A stretch of 40,754 nt of DNA from Ministeria vibrans ATCC 50519 (taxonomy: Eukaryota; Protista; Filasterea). Of the stretch, positions 28,325-38,333 are shown piece by piece; the first letter of the stretch is position 1, and each line of letters begins with the position of its first letter. The stretch covers positions 1 through 40,754 of the forward strand of contig CALSCP010001728.1 in the NCBI GenBank assembly GCA_943704425.1, read 5' to 3'. The notes beneath the pieces were generated by a model that did not search any database, was not told the origin of the DNA, and worked only from the letters and a program-made list of their open reading frames with translations. The position numbers and the translations under genes were made by a program.

Positions 28325-30751
28325 ATGCAACTCAACTTGGTGTCAGTTGCACCGCCTACGGCTCGTCCACGAGCACAGCCGTCGAGCCGCGACGACTGGA
28401 ATGCGGCCCCAGCGACTGGGCATTCGAGCAAAACGCCACGCCGGTTCGCACGCGGCGGATCGTCTTCGACGCCTGTGGACGCCCCCAAGCCTCAAAAGTG
28501 GTCAGCCTCGGCGCCCTCGCACACCTCGACGTCCGAATCAACACAGCCAAAGAAGAAGAAGAGTTCCAAGGCACGCGATAGCGGCGAAAACGACACTTCA
28601 ACTTCGACCGGCTCGACGTCCGCTGGCTCTGCAGCCTCTGCTGCCTCTGCTGCTTCTGCTTCTGCGTCTGCCCCACCGGCACAGCACCAAACCTCGTCGC
28701 TGTTCACCAAGAACCCTGAAATTGATCTGTCGCTTCTGCTGCGCGACAGCATTTCGGCGACCGACGTGGCCGACGACGATCCCGACCGCCCCTCGCGCGT
28801 GCGACGCCGCCGCGACTTCACCGCCGGCTCCTTCGACGGCGTCGGCCTCCATCCCCATCTGGTGAGCGTCCTGCGCAACAACCTGGGTCTTTCAGCGCCC
28901 ACGACCTGTCAGCGACTGGCAATTCCGCCGGTCCTGGTGGGTCGCGACGTGCTCGTGCGCTCCGAGACAGGTTCGGGCAAGACGCTCGCCTACATGATCC
29001 CAGTGCTGCAGAAGCTGCAGGCGATTGAGCCGGCAGTGTCGCGTGCCGACGGACCACTTGCTATCATCTTGGTGCCGACACGCGAGCTGGCACAGCAGAT
29101 CATGCAGGTGTGTGTGCAGCTGCTGCGACCGTTTGTGCGACTGGTGGCGGGCGCAGTGACGGGCGGGGAGAAGCGCAAGAGCGAGAAGGCGCGTCTGCGC
29201 AAAGGAATCAACATTCTGATTGCGACCCCAGGGCGTCTGCTGGACCACATCATGCACACGCGGGCGGTGCAGCTGGAGCGCCTGCGCTTTCTTGTGCTTG
29301 ACGAGGCGGACCGTCTTACCGACATGGGTTTCGACAAGGACGTGAGCGCCATTGTCGAGGCTATTCGACAGGCTAAGGAGCACCGGTTTGGCGCAAAACT
29401 GCAGCAGAGAGCGCAGCGCAAGCGGGTTCACACAGAGTTTGATGAAGACGAAAACGACGAGGCAGAAGAAGGCGATGGAGACGAGGATGAGGCGGAGAGT
29501 GCGCACGAGAGACACCACCAAACACTGTTGCTGAGCGCGACAATGCCACCGGAGACGCAGCGTCTGGCAGGTCTGATTTTGCGCAACCCAGAGCGAATTG
29601 AAGCGAGCACAACCGCAACAGATGCAGAAGGAGATGGAGCGACAGGCGAGACGGAGGGTGAGGCAGAGGGCGAGACTACGACGGGAGCGCATGTGATGCC
29701 GGAGCAGCTGGAGCAGGAGTACTATGTGGTGCCGGCGAAGTTGAGACTGGTGATGCTGTGTGCACTGGTGCAGCGGGAGCGAACGGGGAAGACGATTGTG
29801 TTTATGAGCAGTCGCGACACAGTGGAGTTTTACGCACAGCTGATGACACGACTGCGAAAAGGGCGCTATGGATTTGAAGGGGCGACCGGGAGTGCCATGG
29901 CAGTGTATGCGCTGCATGGAAACATGGCGCAGAGTGAGCGTCTGCGGGTGTTCCGGGCGTTTGGAGGGGCGCAGAGTGGGGTGTTGCTGTGTACGGATGT
30001 GGCTGCGCGTGGACTGGATCTGCCTGATGTGCAGTTGATTGTGCAGTTTATGCCTGCGATTGACGTGGAAGGGTACGTGCATCGGTGCGGACGGACGGCT
30101 CGCAGGGGTCAAGGGGGCCGGGCGGTCGTCGTGTTGATGCCGCATGAGGTGGGGGAGTACGTGGCGATGCTGATGGCGAGTGGGCTGACGGGCGTAAAGG
30201 GCAGTGCATATGAGAGTGTGTTGAAGGAGTGTGTTGTGCCCTCCGATGCGAAGACGACAAAGCAGAAGGGGGAGAGCAAGGGGGACGCGAGTCATGACGC
30301 GCGGATGTGGCAGGATTGGGCGAGTGATATGCAAGATGGGTGTGAGCGACTGGTGGCGGAGGATGTGGAGCTGCATGGGCTCGCGTGTGCCGCGTACACC
30401 TCCTTCATCCGCGGCTACGCCAGCTACCCGTCGCGCCTTAAGAAGGCCTTTCATGTGCGTCTCTTGCACCTTGGTCACGTTGCCAAGTCGTTTGCACTGC
30501 GCGAGACGCCCACCGAAGGCATTGCCTCGATGGACAGTGCCAAGCTGAAGCGCAAGGAGCACGACAAGACGCCGCTAAGCCACGAGGAGCGTATCATTGC
30601 CGGCAAGCGACGCCGCCTCGCCACCGACGGCTCCGACCAGCACCACGCAGGCCCCAGCGACGGTGTTGGACGCAAGCGTCGCCTTGAGATTGACGAATTT
30701 TCGGCGGGCCCTCAGAAGCAGAAGAAGTCACGTGTCAAGCTGCGCATTTGA
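28325..30751 (+). CDS. DDX31: DEAD-box RNA helicase DBP7/DDX31 (60S biogenesis), single exon
   Basis: Q motif, SETGSGKTLAY, PTRELA, GGEKRKSEKARLRKGINILIATPGRLLDH (DBP7 signature), DEAD, SAT, VVPAKLRLV, DVAARGLD, HRCGRTAR, LHLGHVAKSFALRE. Likely start is the ATG at 28325; the longer ORF extension overlaps DNAJC12. Confidence 0.93.
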   Translation: MQLNLVSVAPPTARPRAQPSSRDDWNAAPATGHSSKTPRRFARGGSSSTPVDAPKPQKWSASAPSHTSTSESTQPKKKKSSKARDSGENDTSTSTGSTSAGSAASAASAASASASAPPAQHQTSSLFTKNPEIDLSLLLRDSISATDVADDDPDRPSRVRRRRDFTAGSFDGVGLHPHLVSVLRNNLGLSAPTTCQRLAIPPVLVGRDVLVRSETGSGKTLAYMIPVLQKLQAIEPAVSRADGPLAIILVPTRELAQQIMQVCVQLLRPFVRLVAGAVTGGEKRKSEKARLRKGINILIATPGRLLDHIMHTRAVQLERLRFLVLDEADRLTDMGFDKDVSAIVEAIRQAKEHRFGAKLQQRAQRKRVHTEFDEDENDEAEEGDGDEDEAESAHERHHQTLLLSATMPPETQRLAGLILRNPERIEASTTATDAEGDGATGETEGEAEGETTTGAHVMPEQLEQEYYVVPAKLRLVMLCALVQRERTGKTIVFMSSRDTVEFYAQLMTRLRKGRYGFEGATGSAMAVYALHGNMAQSERLRVFRAFGGAQSGVLLCTDVAARGLDLPDVQLIVQFMPAIDVEGYVHRCGRTARRGQGGRAVVVLMPHEVGEYVAMLMASGLTGVKGSAYESVLKECVVPSDAKTTKQKGESKGDASHDARMWQDWASDMQDGCERLVAEDVELHGLACAAYTSFIRGYASYPSRLKKAFHVRLLHLGHVAKSFALRETPTEGIASMDSAKLKRKEHDKTPLSHEERIIAGKRRRLATDGSDQHHAGPSDGVGRKRRLEIDEFSAGPQKQKKSRVKLRI

Positions 30752-31023
30752 GGAATCTGCGCATGTGTGTGAGAGAGAAAGGGAAAAAGAAAGGGAATGT
30801 ATAAAGATACTCTCGCATTGTGACTATGAAAACCCGCACGAAACGGTTAGCTGACTATTAGTAATAATGAAGCTAGTACTAAGAAAATAAAATAATAAGA
30901 GAGAATCGAGAGCTGTACCCAATTGAAGTGAACAGATGACTCAAAAAACCTAAACAGCTCTTCATTGTGATTATTAATCTCCTCTGATTCACGTCAGTGA
31001 TCAGTCTTATTGTTATACATATT

Positions 31024-33301
31024 ATGATGCTAGACACGCCTACGCTATTGACAGCCTCCGTCGGCGTCTTAACAGTCGCCTACGTGGTGATAGAGCGTCT
31101 GAGACGACGAAACGCGTAAGGAATGAAATTCGCGACTGTGCCCACAGCTCTCTGATTGGCCCATAGGCCGCCTCGTCGGTGCGGATGGATGCCCTTCCTT
31201 GGACTGGCGATAGACTTTGGAAAGGCCCCGCTCGACTTCATTCGCAAGGTCTGCTGTGTCGTTCGTCCGTTGATGATGATGATGGTGTTGTGATGACTTG
31301 TGTTTTGTTTCTCGCGCACAGTCTCAAGACGAACTGGGCAGCACGTTTACGCTGTACATCGCGGGACGCAACATGACATTTGTGACGGACGCGGCGGACA
31401 TCCAGACGGTGCTGAACAGCGAGCCGGACGTCTCGTTCCAGGACGCCGTGCAGCCCTTCACGGAGCGCGCAGCGGGCATTGCGCGCGCCTCGTTCCTCCG
31501 CGTGCACCGCGACATCCACGACCAGATGAAGGGCGAGCTCACTCCGTCCAAGCTCGGTATGCGTCGCCCGGGCCCTTGGCGAAACGCCAGAAATGGTGTG
31601 CACTGAATTGCGACATTGTCCATTAGGTCCGTACGGTCCGCGTTTGCTCGAGTGCTTTTCTGCCCAGATGGCCCACGTTGAGTCTTCGGACTCTATGGAC
31701 TTGTTGCAGTTTGTGCGCAAAACGCTCTTCAATGGGGCGGTGGAGTCGTTGTTTGGGCGGGAGACGGTGGAGTCACGACGCGAAGCGCTCTATGAGCATT
31801 TCTATGCGTATGACAAAGACTTTGAGTACGGCACTCAGTTGCCAGAACTGCTTCTCCCAACATGGGCCAAAAGCAAGCACTTTTTGTTGGGTGTCTTTGA
31901 GGAGGTCGCCGCACGTGTGATGGCGTAAGGCGTAGAGAGTGTCTTGCGTCCTCATCCGACCCGTTAACCCTAACCCTGACACTAAACCTTGGATGTGTGT
32001 GCGTGTTTTGTGATAGTGCATCTTCCTCTGCCCCCAAAGACCCCAGTGCAGAGGATCTCATGAACGCAGTGACTGTGGCTGCAGACGACAGCTCCAAACC
32101 AAACTTTCTCCTTCTGCTCCTCTGGGCCTCACAGGTACTCACAATACCATAGTTAACTCTAGCATTATGCACACACACATTAAGTCGGACTGTTCACACA
32201 GGCAAACAGTATTCCTGCGTCCTTCTGGGTTCTCTCCTTTCTTCTCCACAATCCACACATTCTTAAACAGGTACAACACACACACACACACACACATACA
32301 TACACCACACAACCAATAGACACAAGGGAGACTGATTTACGATTTTTGTTGTACGTATAGGCACAAGAGGAAGCACAGAGCGTGTCCAGTGACTCCTCCG
32401 CTGAGTCTTTTCCCTATCCGCTCATTCGTCGATGTGTTCTTGAGACTATTCGTTTGCGCTCTCCCGGAATGATTCCCCGCAAACTCAGATCTCCTCAAAA
32501 GGTATGCATTCCACGCTCTGTCGCGTTTTACTGTCATTGGCAATGTCACTCATTTGCACTGTTGTCAATGTCACTCGTTCAGTGCCAGTTATTGTCGCTC
32601 ATTTGATCTCAGCCTCTGTCAGCCACTCACTCATTCTCTTTGTTTTAGATTGGAGCTCATACAATTCCTGCGGGTGATTTCCTGATGATTTCTCCCTTTT
32701 GGGCTCACCGAAACGAGCAAATGTTCCCTAATGCAAATGATTTTGTGCCGGTCAGAACAGAACACAATGCAAGAAAAGAAGAGCACACGCACACTCATAC
32801 ATCCAAAATAATGCTATAGGATCGATGGTTATCAGCTGATTTGGACAAACGACAGTTTATCAATGGATTCATTGGCTTTGGTGGAGGACGATTCCAGTGC
32901 CCAGGACGGTAGAGAACAAGAGTGTGTGTGTGAGAGAGAAAGAGAGGAGGGAGGGAGAAAGAAACAAATTGATAGAGAGAGAGAGAGAGAGAGAGCGAGG
33001 AGAAAGACACATGGTAATAGAGAGAGAGGAGGAGAAAGAAACAGCTATTATATATAATAAGAGCCCATTTTTTCATGATATTATAGAATCTCACTCTCTT
33101 GCGTTTTTTCAAAGGTGGTTTGCTCTTCGTGAAATGTGCGAGTTTGTGGCTCTGACACTGCGGCAGTTTGACCTGTCGCTGCTGCCCACACACACCGGGT
33201 CGCCTCCTGCGCCCTCCCCTCTGCACCTGGTGGGTGTGCAGGAGCCCATCGAGCCCCTCCTTGTGAAGTGCGTCAGACGCACGCACACACACTCTAAATG
33301 A
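31024..33301 (+). CDS. CYP39A1: Cytochrome P450, CYP39A1-like (CYP7 clan oxysterol hydroxylase), ~10 exons
   Basis: N-terminal TM anchor, PPRRCGWMPFLGLAIDFGKAPLDFI, MTFVTD, YDKDFEYGTQLPE, LLLWASQANSIPASFW (I-helix), CVLETIRLRSPG (ExxR), SPFWAHRN, FGGGRFQCPGRWFA (heme Cys codon at 32898-32900). Confidence 0.85.
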
Positions 33302-33576
33302 TCACACACATCTCATGCATGAAAGTATAGTAAAGGGAAGAACTAGCACAGATTGGAGTGACACAATGCTTCCGCCATCGTCTAACTCCCAAAAGATTGA
33401 GCTGGCGAGCCCCAACATAATGAATTAATAATGATTGTTGTTTATTGTCATTAATTATCGAAAGGTCCTCCTTCCTAACTTTCATCTTTCACAGTTCACA
33501 CACACTTTTTTTTGAGTTTTTTCTCATTTTGTTTATTGTTCTTCCACGCTCGCACTCTCTGCTTGGTTTAGCACCC

Positions 33577-34109
33577 ATGTCTGCACCCCATGAGTCGCAC
33601 AGGCGGTTACGAAAGGAGTACCAAAACGTACGATTCTTCGCACTTTCGCTCTATCTCTAACCCACTACGCAGATCCACAAGAACCCGCCGCCCTACATCA
33701 CTGCCGAGCCACTTCCGTCAAACCTCCTCGAATGGCACTACTGTGTAAGCAGGACGTGCAGAACAGCCTCGCTGAACTCACTCCCCTCCTTTCCCCTATT
33801 TTCGTGCCTCTCAGCTTGAAGGCGCTCCCAACACTCCGTACCATGGTAGGTCGTCTACTGTCATTTAGGCTCCAGCCCTTGCCTCGCCTCTGACCTCTCT
33901 CGTTTTTGTGTTCAGGCGGTTTTTATCATGGCAAAATCATTTTTCCGTCCGACTATCCCTTCAAACCACCGCAAATCCAAATGGTTAGCCACAGACACGC
34001 CAGAGCCCGCCTCATCTCATCCTTATGCACACACATGTGCGTTTTCTCTCTAGGTCACACCAAATGGGCGATTCAAGTGCAACACTCGGCTGTGTCTTTC
34101 GATGAGCGA
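33577..34109 (+). CDS. UBE2J2: Ubiquitin-conjugating enzyme Ubc6/UBE2J, N-terminal half only
   Basis: Five short exons: MSAPHESHRRLRKEYQN/IHKNPPPYITAEPLPSNLLEWHYC/LEGAPNTPYH/GGFYHGKIIFPSDYPFKPPQIQM/VTPNGRFKCNTRLCLSMS. The expected DFHPxxWNP continuation is not found after the (TC)n tract. Confidence 0.85.
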
Positions 34110-34150
34110 GTACGCATCATTGTCTCACCCACACTCCTCCCAGCAATCAT

Positions 34151-34260
<110 letters not shown>

Positions 34261-34291
34261 TCCTCTTTGTCTCTTTTTTTTTCTTGTGTAG

Positions 34292-34453
34292 GAGGAGCCG
34301 CGTGGCATGCAACCGCGTCCGTCGTACAAGTCTGCTGCAGAGAGCTCTGCCGAGGCAGCGTCGAAGAAAAAGGGCAAGAGCAAGAAGGAGAAGAAAGACG
34401 CGAATGCTGCTGTGAAGCCTCTTGAGAAGGGCAGCACCGAGTTCATGATCTGA
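34292..34453 (+). CDS. Orphan terminal exon of an unidentified gene
   Basis: A TGTAG acceptor is followed by phase-0 EEPRGMQPRPSYKSAAESSAEAASKKKGKSKKEKKDANAAVKPLEKGSTEFMI*. It is not UBE2J-like, and its phase is incompatible with the UBE2J phase-2 donor. Confidence 0.5.
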   Translation, partial: EEPRGMQPRPSYKSAAESSAEAASKKKGKSKKEKKDANAAVKPLEKGSTEFMI

Positions 34454-34556
34454 GCAATGAACCTTATCTATTTTTTTCAAAGAGCATCTCTGCGATTCGG
34501 TTTGTTTATATGAACTATACTTTTTAGTTTTTTAAGTTACACTCTTTTTCGCCAAA

Positions 34557-35666
34557 ATGGAGCGCGCATCAAGTCCTACACCGTCAAACTACTCGACCAT
34601 GACGGACAGTGGAATCACCGACTTGGAGTCGGCTTTGGAAAGGATCTCGACTTTGCGTGTCCAATTGATGGAAGAGAAAGCAGCACGGCTCAATGCCGAG
34701 GCGCAGGCCACCGAGGAGCAACATGGCCGGGCACTTGCTGAGCGTGAAGTGGCACGCGTGCGAAAAGAGCTTGTTGCGCTCCAGGTATTTTACTGTTTCC
34801 CTTCACAACGTTTTTTTTATTTTTTTGACTCTGATTGAAAAATTCTAAAATAAATACACTAGGTTGAGGTGGATGCGCGGGCGCGCGCGGGAGCAATGAG
34901 TGCAGAAGAACAGTCTGATCGCGATGTGGAGGCGGAGCGAATGCACGGCGAGATGGACGTGTTGGAACAGCGAGTTCGCGCCATTGCGGCAGCCAACAAG
35001 AATGTCGTACGCGAACGCGAAGAGCTGCGTCGACGCTATGTTGGCATTGAGGACCAGCTGCGAGAGAAGGAGGACGAGCTTCGAAGACGTGCCGAGACCA
35101 TTGATCGGCTGTCGACGGCGGCAACGTCGCGCAGCGCAGGTGGCGACCCCGTCGACATGGAGCGACTGCGAGCCGAAAACCGTCGACTGTCACAACAATT
35201 GGAACAGGAGACGCGCACGCGACGACGCCTGGAACAAGTCCAAGAGCGAACTGTACAGCAACAGCAGGCGTCCGAGAGAGCCCTGCAGGCACGCGATGCG
35301 GCGGAAGTACTGTCACTCAAACGGGAGAAAGAACTGGCGGACAAACGATCGCGCGAGTTGGCGGTGCGTGAGAAACAGGCCAAGTCGACGGCCGAGGGTC
35401 ACGGCGCCAAGGTGAGCGCTCAGCTGGTGTCGGCTGAGGAGAGCGGCAAAGAGATGGAGCAGAATCTCAAGCGGTTGCTGGACGCGGTCGCTTCCAATGG
35501 TCGCACCCTCGACACGGGATTGTTGACGGGCGGCACACCCTCAAGCGACCGCCAGCTCAGGCGCCGCTCGTCCGCTCATAGTGCCAGCAGCGATGCACCG
35601 GGAACTCCCGCCAAGCGCAAGACGGCAGTCGTACCCACTACTCCTACTGGGCCTCGTTGGAGATGA
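34557..35666 (+). CDS. Hypothetical coiled-coil protein (two exons)
   Basis: aaaATG at 34557; exons 34557-34784 and 34863-35666 join in frame; long E/R/Q/L heptad-rich helix with an S/T/P-rich tail. Confidence 0.7.
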
Positions 35667-35885
35667 ATAGAGAAAGAGAGAGAGAGAGTGTGTGTGTGTG
35701 TGAGAGAGAGAGATGAGGGAGAAAGAAACAAAGTAAAAAAAGCTATCAATAACTTTTCAATGATAATAATTAATGGAATTAATGTCTTCTTGTTCTTTGA
35801 AATTTGAAATTTGAATCAGCTTTTTGATTTGTATTGCCGACGAGACAGCGCGTGGAAGCACTCGAGTGGGCTGCTGTCGGAAAGA

Positions 35886-37472
35886 ATGAGCAGCGCACCG
35901 GTCTATGTTGCGCTCTATTCGTATGTCGCGACAAGTGACGATGAATTGACTGTGCGACGAGGCCAGAAGGTGTACGCTCTGGAGTTTGCCGATCATTCTG
36001 GCGACACCAACTGGTGGAAGGTACACCATGCAGGTGTCGTTTTGTTTGCGACGAGTGTCACGCCATATCTTTTATGTTTTCGTTTTCTTGTAGGTGTGTC
36101 TACAAGTGAATCAAAAGCGGGAAGGCTTCGTGCCGGCCATGTACCTGGGCAAGGTGCGCCAGGCACTGGATGCGACTGGAAGCACCCCTAGCATGCTTGA
36201 TGCGTCGGCGTCGACGTCGACGCCTCTTTCGCCGCCGCCCATCCGCACTGCGCCGCCAGCCCCGCCCGCTGCGGTCGCTGCGGCAGTGCCTCCCTCGCCA
36301 TCCCGGTCTTCTGAGCAGGGCACGGCCTTGCTTGGCGTCGCGGGCGGCGCCATTGAGATGGCTCCGTCGACAACAATGGACAAGCGCGACCAACAGTCGT
36401 CCTATCCGTCCGCTCGCACTGCTCGGCAAGCTGCAGCCTCTACGCGACTACGACGCGATGAGTCTCGCGAGGACGGAGGAAATAGCAAGAAATTACAGCA
36501 CGTTCTCGACGAGCTGTTGGAGACGGAGCGAAACTTTGTGACATCCATCAGTGTCGTTAACGAGGTGTTTGTTCAGCCCTTGTGCGCCCGACTGGCGCCC
36601 GACTCGACGGAGCCCATTATCATGACCCGTGTTCACATTCGACGTGTCTTTGGCGAGCTTCCTACCATCCTGGCTATTTCATCGGCGCTTCTGGCGGCAC
36701 TTGAGCAGTGCGTGGAGTACCACCATGGCAGTCAGGAGACGGCTGAGGGTCACCAACGACGCAGTGTTGCGTCTGTCATGAGTGAATTTGCACCCTTGCT
36801 GCGTGTGTATGCGACGTACGTCGAGAACTACGACGCAGCCATGGTCGAGCTGCAGCGCATCATGCGCAAGCACCGCTCCATTCGCGAGTTTGTTTTGCGG
36901 TCCGAGTCGGATGAGCGATGCATGTTTTTGCCGCTCGAGTCGCTGTTGGTCATGCCGGTGCAGCGGGTGCCGCGCTACAAGCTCATGATGGACGAGTACG
37001 TGAAGCATTTGCAGACGGAGGACGCGCGACGGGGCGTACTAGCAGTGCTCGGGGAGACGCTCGGGGCGCTCAACGAGCACCTCAACGCACAGACCAAGGC
37101 CATGGACGCACGCAGCCGCATTGCGCTCCTGGGGCTCCATCTACGCCGCCAGCGCCGCGTGCCCGGCCGTCGCGTCATTATGCCCCATCGCTGGTTTGTT
37201 ACCGAGTCTCCTGTTCACGAACTCACTGTATGTTTCTTATCACCATCTCTCACACGCCTCTGGGGTCGGTCATCGTTGCCTCACTTTTTTTTGTTTTGTT
37301 TTTTTTTTTTACTTCTCTAGCTCTTGAAAGCACCCCACACCAAAGTAGTGGCGCGCAAACTGCTTCTTCTTAGTGATTGTGTCGTTGTGACGCGCGGTGC
37401 TCGACTTATGGCCAGCAAACGCAGCGATGCAGTCGCACACGCACACCAGCTGACGCGCCTTACGTGGCAGAA

Positions 37473-37511
<39 letters not shown>

Positions 37512-38152
37512 GGACAAAGTGATAGAGAGAGAGAGAGAGGAGGGAGAAAGAAACAAAGTGATAGAGAGAGAGAGAGAATCAAAGTGAGAGAGAGAAAGAA
37601 ACAAAGTGATAGAGAGAGAGGTGTGGAGGAGGGAACCAGTAAACGAAGTGATAAAAATAGAGAGTGAGAGAGAGAAGATAAAAGAATAAAACAGAGTGGT
37701 GGTGTATATGACTGACTCTGATTGCTGATGGGGCGTAGGTCGACGAGAGTGCCATTTTCCTGCTGACGCACCAGCATGCCATAGAGGATGTTGTCGCCGG
37801 CATGCAAGCGAGTCGCATGGCTCCTAACCCGTCCGATCCTCACACATCCTCCGCATCGGTTCCAGCACACGTCGAGCCCGCGCGTCTTGCCGACCTCCAG
37901 CAGTCGTCGGTGCTGTTTACGGCGACGAGACGACGACGACTGCTGCCGCGCAAGACAACTCGCTTCCTTGTCATATTTGCATCGGTTGATGACAAGGAGC
38001 GCATGCTTGATGCCATGGACACGACCAAGCAAGCACTGCTGGCTCTGGAGCGAAACCGCAGAGTCTTGATTAAGCTGGCGTACCAGCGCAACGGAAAGCA
38101 GCGCTCCCTCTGGCAGAAACTTGCTTGTATCACTCCCTGGTGGGCCAAGTAG
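35886..38152 (+). CDS. SH3-DH(RhoGEF)-PH protein
   Basis: Exons ~35886-36020, 36094-37227, 37321-37473, 37739-38152. SH3: YVALYSYVATSDDELTV..WWKV..EGFVPAMYL. Pro-rich linker. DH: VLDELLETERNFV..LRVYATYVENY..LESLLVMPVQRVPRYKLMM. PH-like: RKLLLLSDCVVV..FASVDDKERMLDAM. Start uncertain. Confidence 0.85.
37478..37660 (+). repeat. Dispersed GA-rich minisatellite, intronic cluster in RhoGEF
   Basis: Several ACAAAGTGATAGAGAGAG copies with GA linkers. Confidence 0.85.
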
Positions 38153-38333
38153 CACCCGTGTTAGTGTCGGCCATCCCCCCATCCCCACATGTACCATTTT
38201 ATTAATGTAACTCAAGAACGCAAGACGCATGCGCAGACAGATAGACAGAGAGAGAGAGAGAGAGGAGAAAGAAACAAAGTGATAGAGAGAGAGAGGTAGC
38301 ATATACAACACCCATTTTACATTATATATTTTG

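Noticed and set aside
28892-30562. 556-aa antisense ORF (also 25009-26013, 4112-5032, 6659-7381)
   Set aside because: Shadow frames of GC-rich coding sequence, with no recognisable motifs.
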